A stretch of DNA of 54,490 nt from an uncultured Bacilli bacterium (GTDB lineage: Bacteria; Bacillota_I; Bacilli_A; RF39; UBA660): contig CALVRD010000002.1 of NCBI GenBank assembly GCA_944358435.1, forward strand, positions 1 to 54,490, written 5' to 3'. A model generated the notes under the pieces. The model did not search any database. It was not told where the DNA came from and saw nothing but the letters and a program-made list of their open reading frames with translations. The translations under genes were made by a program, and so were the position numbers. Shown here piece by piece: positions 26,670 through 33,103 of the stretch; the stretch's first letter is position 1; each line of letters opens with the position of its first letter.

Positions 26670-27869
26670 TTAATTTTTCATTTTAGTTAGAGGCTTATTT
26701 TCTGAAATGCAAGAGGTTCTTTTTTGGGCAATTGCTTCATCTAGTTCTTGTTCTCTTCTATGAAGTAATGTTCTTTGTTCTTGAAGACTTAATGTTTCAT
26801 CTAATTTTTGAGCTTTAGCAGCTTGTTTTTCTTGAAGTTCTTTTGAAATACCATTTTTTCTAATTTCTTCGTAGGTTTTTTCGGCTTTTGAATGATAATA
26901 ATGACTTACATATTTTTCAGTACTTATTATTTGTTCAGCAGTTGCTTTACCTACATCTGGACGTGCTAAATATATGGCAAGAGCTTTTGTCTTAGGATTA
27001 GTAATAAGTTTTCCTAAGGCTCTTTCCATAATTCTACTTGCTCCTGCTTTAGTAATTCCAAATTGTTTCCCTATTTCATCAAAACTATATGTTCTACCTT
27101 CTAGACTATCTATGCCAAATCTTAATTTTAAAACTTTAATTTCTGTTTCTGATAGATTTGTATCGTCAAAAAGTTTTTCAATTTCTTCTTTTGATATTTT
27201 CCCAAATAAAGCATCAGATAAATCTGAATCATCAGCAGTAAGATAATCGCCTATTTCTTCTTCAGATTCTTCACTTAATTTTTCATTATAACTTATAGTA
27301 TAAGGAGCTACTAATAGTTTTTCTAATTTATCTAGTGGCATTTTCAAACTTTGAGCTAGTTGTTTTGTTGTTGGTTCCGTATGATGATCATAAATATATT
27401 TTCTTCTAGCTTGCTCTACTTTATATATTTTAATTTGCTTTCTAATAGAAAGATGTATATTTTTACTTTTAAAAATTACGGCTCTTGCAATTTTATTCAT
27501 AATCCATTTTCCCGCATATGTTGATAGTTTTGCTTCTTCATTAATGTCATATTTTTGAATGGCAATTATCAAGCCAATTATTCCTTCCTGAATAAGGTCT
27601 TCTAGATCAAGTCCTTTATTTTTATAAAAATTTGCAATTTTAATTACTAAACGAATATTACTAAAAATTAGTAAGTCATTTGCTTCTTGATCGCCGTTTT
27701 GAGCTCTAATAACAAGGTCTTTTACTGTTTGTTGGTCAAGAACTGGATAGTTTTGAGTTTCTCTTATATATATTTTAGCTAGTCTATTAGGATTAGATGT
27801 TTTAAGTTCTTCAGTTAGTTCTTCAATTAATAAGTCTTCTTCTGGCTCTATCTGATTTAGTTCACTCAT
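26670..27869 (-). CDS. RpoD-like sigma-70 factor paralog (399 aa) with a ~97-aa extension after region 4
   Basis: Region 1.2 is AKIYIRETQNYPVLDQQ. Region 2 is FSNIRLVIKIANFYKNKGLDLEDLIQEGIIGLIIAIQKYD...STYAGKWIMNKIARAVIFKSKNIHLS. Region 4 is LSETEIKVLKLRFGID...IGKQFGITKAGASRIMERALGKLITNPKTKALAIYL. The tail is LDETLSLQEQRTLLHRREQELDEAIAQK. Confidence 0.9.
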   Translation of the reverse strand: MSELNQIEPEEDLLIEELTEELKTSNPNRLAKIYIRETQNYPVLDQQTVKDLVIRAQNGDQEANDLLIFSNIRLVIKIANFYKNKGLDLEDLIQEGIIGLIIAIQKYDINEEAKLSTYAGKWIMNKIARAVIFKSKNIHLSIRKQIKIYKVEQARRKYIYDHHTEPTTKQLAQSLKMPLDKLEKLLVAPYTISYNEKLSEESEEEIGDYLTADDSDLSDALFGKISKEEIEKLFDDTNLSETEIKVLKLRFGIDSLEGRTYSFDEIGKQFGITKAGASRIMERALGKLITNPKTKALAIYLARPDVGKATAEQIISTEKYVSHYYHSKAEKTYEEIRKNGISKELQEKQAAKAQKLDETLSLQEQRTLLHRREQELDEAIAQKRTSCISENKPLTKMKN

Positions 27870-27883
27870 TATTTTTTCTCCCC

Positions 27884-28051
27884 TTAATTTTTTTGATTTT
27901 TTAAAAGTTCTTCTAGTTCTAATTTTTGAAGAATTAATTCTTTCTTTTTAATTGACAATTCAAGGGCTTCTATTTCATCTTTTAGTTCTTTATTTACTAG
28001 ATCAATTGCTTTTATTTCACGATTTATTTTTTCTAATAGCTCTTGTTCCAT
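27884..28051 (-). CDS. 55-codon coiled-coil ORF overlapping the 3' end of the 594-aa sigma gene; probably the detached C-terminal tail of that sigma
   Basis: It is not on the ORF track because it is under 60 aa. My translation is MEQELLEKINREIKAIDLVNKELKDEIEALELSIKKKELILQKLELEELLKNQKN*. The same frame is open from 28102 and reads NVHYQKKLRKARLKF before the ATG, which aligns with KKLRSKKLQETLELQEQ in the 485-aa paralog. There is no convincing RBS of its own. Confidence 0.4.
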   Translation of the reverse strand: MEQELLEKINREIKAIDLVNKELKDEIEALELSIKKKELILQKLELEELLKNQKN

Positions 28052-29801
28052 AAACTTTAACCTTGCCTTTCTTAGTTTCTTTTGGTAATGTACGTTTTTG
28101 TTCTATTACTTCCTCAGTAATACTAGAACATAGCTCATTAATTGAATTATAATATTCTGCTAGTTCTTCATCACTTAAACTTTCTAATTCTTCAGCTGTA
28201 TAATTTTTTACTGGTTGATGGTCAGCAATCTCAGGAAATACTATAGGTCCATTTACTCTTATATCTTCATAGACATCATATGAATCTTGGAGAACATAAG
28301 TTGACTTTTTGGAATTTTCCTTTCTGAGTGCTTGAATTGTCTCTAAAGCAACCGTTGGACGTTGCATATAAATAGCAAAGGCTTCAGTGTCTGGACATTT
28401 AATTATCCTTGTAAATCCTGCTAAAATTATTTGACGAGCCCTTTCATCAGAAATACCCATAATTTGAGCAATATCTTTAAGTGCCATAATTTCTCCTGTT
28501 TCAAAGCCATATCTTAATCTTATGGCAAATTCTTGTCTTGGCGAAACATTGGCTTTTTTAAATAAATCAGATATTTCATTTGGAAGATTCTTTCTACTTA
28601 AGACATCTACTATATCATCAACATCTTCTGGAGTTAAATCTTCAATATCTTCATCATCTTCAAAAAAATCATTTTCTAAAGCAGGAGAATTAGAACTTAT
28701 TGTATGTGGATAACTATTTAGTTTTAGTATTTCTTCATCTGAGACTCCAAGTATGGCTGCAAATTCTTTTATAGTTGGCTCATGTCCATACTCTTTAATA
28801 TATCTTCTTTTAGTTTCTTCAAATTTATAAAATTTTGAATGAATATCAGCAGGAAGACGAATTGTTCTAGAATTGTCACGCAAAGTTTTTGTGATAAAAC
28901 TTTTTACCCACCAGACAACATAAGTTGAAAAGTTATTTGTACTATTTATGTCATATTTATCAATGGCACGCATTAAGCCAATTAATCCTTCTTGAAGTAA
29001 ATCATCTTGATCGTAACCTATTGCATAGTATTTTTGAACCATATGGGAAACTAAACTGATGTTACTTTCTATTAATAAATTACGGGCTTCTTCATTACCT
29101 TGTCTAGCTTGAGTAATAAGTTCTTTTATCTTTGCCTGACTTAGTTTTTTACTATGAAGCATTGTAGATTTGCAACCTTTAAAAACATTAGAGTTTTCTT
29201 TGCTACCTAATTCTCTAACTGTTTTTTTAGTAAAAAAACTTTTATCATCATAATCATTTACTTCTATTTCAGAAATGTCGAGCCCCTTTTTCTTACAGTA
29301 GGCTTGAATGAATATAGTGGTTATTGGAGCATATAAAAAGATATCACCATTAGTAAGTTCTTTAATATCATGTGTAAAAATAGCATCTAATGCTGAACTT
29401 AGTCTTTGATTACGTTCAATTAAAGTAGTAGCCATTTCTAAGGAAAGATTATACCCAAGAGACTCTAAGAAGTCATCGGCTTTAGAAAGCCGTTTTATAA
29501 ATTCATACCATTTTGCATTTATAGGAATAATTCTTTCTAAATAGTTATTTATAAGCTCTTCTTCTCTTTTTTCTAATTGTTTTTTAGTATAAGCATTCAT
29601 TCTTTCAGTTAAAATATCCGCATATAATTCTAAAATTGTTTTTGGAGAAGTATTTTCAGCATACTTAGCATCATGTAGACAATTAGATGCAAAGTTATTA
29701 AATTCTTCTCTAGAAAGGCCGGTAAAAGCATAACGATTATAGAAACTTTTTGTTATTAGTGATAGTTGAAATTTAATGCTTTTATTATGCTCTGATGTCA
29801 T
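28017..29801 (-). CDS. RpoD-like sigma-70 factor paralog (594 aa) with a ~230-aa N-terminal extension and a C-terminal extension
   Basis: The start ATG at 29799-29801 (MTSEHNK) has a GAGGGGG RBS. The ORF-track start would overlap the promoter. Region 2 is ESNISLVSHMVQKYYAIGYDQDDLLQEGLIGLMRAIDKYD...STYVVWWVKSFITKTLRDNSRTIRLP. Region 4 is VSPRQEFAIRLRYGF...IAQIMGISDERARQIILAGFTRIIKCPDTEAFAIYM. Confidence 0.9.
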   Translation of the reverse strand: MTSEHNKSIKFQLSLITKSFYNRYAFTGLSREEFNNFASNCLHDAKYAENTSPKTILELYADILTERMNAYTKKQLEKREEELINNYLERIIPINAKWYEFIKRLSKADDFLESLGYNLSLEMATTLIERNQRLSSALDAIFTHDIKELTNGDIFLYAPITTIFIQAYCKKKGLDISEIEVNDYDDKSFFTKKTVRELGSKENSNVFKGCKSTMLHSKKLSQAKIKELITQARQGNEEARNLLIESNISLVSHMVQKYYAIGYDQDDLLQEGLIGLMRAIDKYDINSTNNFSTYVVWWVKSFITKTLRDNSRTIRLPADIHSKFYKFEETKRRYIKEYGHEPTIKEFAAILGVSDEEILKLNSYPHTISSNSPALENDFFEDDEDIEDLTPEDVDDIVDVLSRKNLPNEISDLFKKANVSPRQEFAIRLRYGFETGEIMALKDIAQIMGISDERARQIILAGFTRIIKCPDTEAFAIYMQRPTVALETIQALRKENSKKSTYVLQDSYDVYEDIRVNGPIVFPEIADHQPVKNYTAEELESLSDEELAEYYNSINELCSSITEEVIEQKRTLPKETKKGKVKVYGTRAIRKNKS

Positions 29802-29828
29802 AAATCTTTCCCCCTCTAATCGGCACAT

Positions 29829-29857
29829 ATTATAGCACGGAGGACTTATTTAGTCAA
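29829..29857 (-). promoter_or_regulatory. Near-consensus sigmaA-type promoter of the sigma-factor array
   Basis: The minus strand reads TTGACT-17 nt-TGcTATAAT about 28 nt upstream of the first sigma start codon. Confidence 0.7.
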
Positions 29858-29899
29858 TATAACTTGTCTATAAAGAACATCCTATTAACTCGCAGTAAT

Positions 29900-29933
29900 A
29901 AAAACTTAAACAACAGACAGTGTCTGTTGTTTT
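29900..29933 (-). terminator. Intrinsic terminator of the addBA operon
   Basis: The near-perfect palindrome AACAACAGACA g TGTCTGTTGTT is followed on the minus strand by TTTAAGTTTTT, about 50 nt past the addA stop. Confidence 0.7.
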
Positions 29934-29983
29934 AAATAAGCAATATAAAATCTACGCATATATTTTATTCAATGTTTTGATTT

Positions 29984-32900
29984 TTATAAATTTTCATTGG
30001 AAACTTGTCGGAACTTAGAATCAATTATTGAATATAAGTAACAATAGGTTTCTTTACCTGTTTTTTCTTTAATTACTTTACGATAGCCATTTAATTGTTT
30101 ATCATAGTTTTCATCTGTAATACCTTTTAATTTATAATCAATAATTATCATTTTATCTTTACATTCAATTAGAAGATCAATTATTCCATGGAAGTAATTA
30201 TTATTTTCTTGATAAGTAAATTCGTATTCCTTATACATTTTATTAGATAAATTATTTTTAATAATATCAGTATTTAAGAAATCTTTTATATGATCAATTA
30301 TTGATTTTGAAAGATTTAGATTGTCAAGATCTGGATTGCTAAAATCTAATTGTTCTAGTACTTCGTGGACTATAGTACCAAATTTCATTAATTCTTCTTC
30401 CTCTTTTGTTATTATGTGAAGAGTATCTTTTGAATAATGAGATTCGTCTACATAACTATTTTCAATTGATTTAAATTCCGTTACTTCTAAATCATCTGAA
30501 GTAGTTAGTTCTTCATCTTTTAAATTATTTTCTGTTTTTTGATAATCCCTAGTTACTTTTATATCTGTTTTTTCTTCAAAGGGAAGAAGAGTTGAATAAA
30601 TACTTTTAATAATTGATAAGAAACTATTATATTTAGTTCTTTCATAATTTGGTACTAAATCAAATACTTCTCTAGTTTCTTCTTGTTCTGGTACTACTAG
30701 AATCATCTTTTCTTTAGCTCTTGTTACGGCAACATATAATAGACGTATTTTTTCAGATATTTCTTCTTTTTTAGTAGTTACTTTTAATAAAGTTTTTAAG
30801 ATAGTATCCTTATAATAACCAGATACTTTTTGAAGAACTAAACCATATTTATTATCATAAATAATTCTTTCTTTTAATTCTAAAGTATTAAATTTACTAA
30901 AGAAACCGGCAAAGTAACAAATTGGGAATTCTAAACCTTTAGATTTATGAATAGTCATTATTTTGCAACTATTAGAATTACTGGTATTAACTGAGAATTT
31001 TAAATCGTAGTCAGCATCAAACATTTCATCTAAGTAATTAGTAAAATCATAAATAGTATTTCCATTTTGTTCAAAATCTTTTACTAAATTATAAAAATAC
31101 TCAGTTCTTATTCTAAATGATTTAACATTACCAATAGTAATTAGTTTTTCTTCATAATTAAATGATTCTAAAACATAATTTAGGTAAGTAGATGCTGCCA
31201 TTAGATCAATATTTTCTAGTACTTCTAGACATTTTTTATAAAGATTTGTTTCTTTATATGTATTATTTACTAGATGATTATAAATATCTTTATCAGGAAT
31301 TTTAGCTAAGAAACTACGAGATACAGACATAAAACTATATTTAAAATCTTCTGAAAAATTCTTTTCTTTGATACAGATTAGTAATTTTAAAAGATTTTTT
31401 ATTACTAAGATATCTTGATCTTTACGAAGAGCTTCATCCTTTAAAATAGCAAGAGGTATATGTAAATACTCAAAAATCTTTTTGTATAAATCAAAGTTTT
31501 TACTTTTATCTAGAAGAATAACAAAATCTTTATATTCAATATTACGTAAGATACCTGTATCTTTATCAAATACTTGATATTTTGATGATACTTTATTTAT
31601 TATATCTTGTCCAATAATAAAAGCTTCTTGTTCATCTTTAGTGAATGGTTTTTCTACTTCTTTATAAGTTAATAAAGATAAATTATAATCTTGATTAGTT
31701 TTACCCTGTTCAATATAGGCATTATTACCAAATACCATTCTATGAGAGGCTTTATAGTCTGCCCCTCCTATTTCATCATCCATAAATAAATCAAATAAGA
31801 GATTTATATTATCTAGGACTTCTTTACGGGAACGGAAGTTTTTAACTAAATCAATTTTTATACCGGCATCAGTATCACGATAAGTATCATATTTGTTTTT
31901 AAAGATATAGGGATTAGCATTTCTAAAACGATAGATTGATTGTTTAATATCTCCTACCATATAAACATTATTATTAGAAATAAGAGAAATAAACTTTTCT
32001 TGAGTATCAGAAGTATCTTGATACTCATCAACTAAAATTTCATTAAAAGAATTAGTTAATTCTTTTTGGACATCTGGGTAATCACTTACTGCTTTTATAG
32101 CTAAACGGGCTATATCAGTAAAATTATATAACTCATTTTCTTGTTTATATGTAGATATAGCTTTATCTAAATCTTTTATAATGTCTATTATTACTTTGAC
32201 ATTTGATTTAGTAGATAGAATTTCTTCTTTCATTTCTTCTGTTGTTTCATAGATTAGAAGAGTTTTTAATTCTTTTATTTGATCTGATAAAGCTTCTTTT
32301 ACTTTTTTACCTTCTTCTGGGCTTCCTTTAGGAACTGCTTTTAATCTAAAGTCTACAGAACTGGCAATATCTTCATAACTTGTTGCTTGTAAGAGATTAG
32401 CTAATTGATCTTCTAAAGATGTAACGTAATCACCATCAAAATAATCATTTAATTCTGTTAAAAGATTAGAAATATTTATACGATAACTATCAATTAAATT
32501 TAAATATTCATTTACATATGAAGAGATCTTTTCATTAGTAAATTCTTGAGACATATATTCTTCTAAGTACTTTTCTTTATCATATTTTAATTCTATTTTT
32601 TTATAAGTATTTAGAATATAGTTTTTTAATTCTTTATCATCTTTTAGACAAAAATCTTGAATTAACTTAGTAAAGTCTTCTTTAGGAGATAAATAATTTT
32701 TATCCATTATTTCATCTAATAACTTATTCTTTTTAATATCAATTATAACTTCATCGGTAATTTTAATATTACTTGTTATGTTTAATCTAGTATGATATTT
32801 TTTTACAATTGATAGAGAGAATGAGTCAAATGTTGTGATGTATGCTCCATCAATTAGAGTAGCTTCTTCTTCTAGTCCTGGTGTTTTATTAATAGCTTTT

Positions 32901-33103
32901 CTAATACGTTCTTTCATTTCAGCAGCGGCAGCATTAGTAAATGTTAATACTAGTAATTCATTTATATGAATACCACTTTTTAGTTTACGTAATACTCGTT
33001 CAGTAAGAACAGCTGTTTTACCACTACCAGCACCAGCTGATACTATAATATTTTTTCCTTCTAAGTTTATCGCATCTAGTTGTTCACTAGTCCAACTTGG
33101 CAT
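29984..33103 (-). CDS. addA: ATP-dependent helicase/nuclease AddA (RexA)
   Basis: UvrD-type motifs are VSAGAGSGKT, TFTNAAAAEM, VDEYQDT, GDIKQSIYRFR and VAVTRAKEKM. The C-terminal RecB-type nuclease motif is GIIDLLIECKDKMIIIDYKLK. Confidence 0.9.
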   Translation of the reverse strand: MPSWTSEQLDAINLEGKNIIVSAGAGSGKTAVLTERVLRKLKSGIHINELLVLTFTNAAAAEMKERIRKAINKTPGLEEEATLIDGAYITTFDSFSLSIVKKYHTRLNITSNIKITDEVIIDIKKNKLLDEIMDKNYLSPKEDFTKLIQDFCLKDDKELKNYILNTYKKIELKYDKEKYLEEYMSQEFTNEKISSYVNEYLNLIDSYRINISNLLTELNDYFDGDYVTSLEDQLANLLQATSYEDIASSVDFRLKAVPKGSPEEGKKVKEALSDQIKELKTLLIYETTEEMKEEILSTKSNVKVIIDIIKDLDKAISTYKQENELYNFTDIARLAIKAVSDYPDVQKELTNSFNEILVDEYQDTSDTQEKFISLISNNNVYMVGDIKQSIYRFRNANPYIFKNKYDTYRDTDAGIKIDLVKNFRSRKEVLDNINLLFDLFMDDEIGGADYKASHRMVFGNNAYIEQGKTNQDYNLSLLTYKEVEKPFTKDEQEAFIIGQDIINKVSSKYQVFDKDTGILRNIEYKDFVILLDKSKNFDLYKKIFEYLHIPLAILKDEALRKDQDILVIKNLLKLLICIKEKNFSEDFKYSFMSVSRSFLAKIPDKDIYNHLVNNTYKETNLYKKCLEVLENIDLMAASTYLNYVLESFNYEEKLITIGNVKSFRIRTEYFYNLVKDFEQNGNTIYDFTNYLDEMFDADYDLKFSVNTSNSNSCKIMTIHKSKGLEFPICYFAGFFSKFNTLELKERIIYDNKYGLVLQKVSGYYKDTILKTLLKVTTKKEEISEKIRLLYVAVTRAKEKMILVVPEQEETREVFDLVPNYERTKYNSFLSIIKSIYSTLLPFEEKTDIKVTRDYQKTENNLKDEELTTSDDLEVTEFKSIENSYVDESHYSKDTLHIITKEEEELMKFGTIVHEVLEQLDFSNPDLDNLNLSKSIIDHIKDFLNTDIIKNNLSNKMYKEYEFTYQENNNYFHGIIDLLIECKDKMIIIDYKLKGITDENYDKQLNGYRKVIKEKTGKETYCYLYSIIDSKFRQVSNENL

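Noticed and set aside
28020-28102. Programmed ribosomal frameshifting as the explanation for the split sigma tail.
   Set aside because: I see no canonical slippery heptamer (X XXY YYZ) and no downstream stimulatory hairpin. A mutation or a sequencing indel in a short A-run is the more economical explanation. It is retained only as an alternative in the finding.
18117-29828. Longer N-terminal extensions given by the ORF track for several genes, with starts at 4546, 18117, 21267, 24369, 29828, 43289 and 45904.
   Set aside because: In each case an internal ATG is preceded by a GGAGG/GAGGGGG/AGGTGA-type RBS at proper spacing. The extension also overlaps either that RBS or a -10/-35 promoter pair. 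The shorter starts were adopted.
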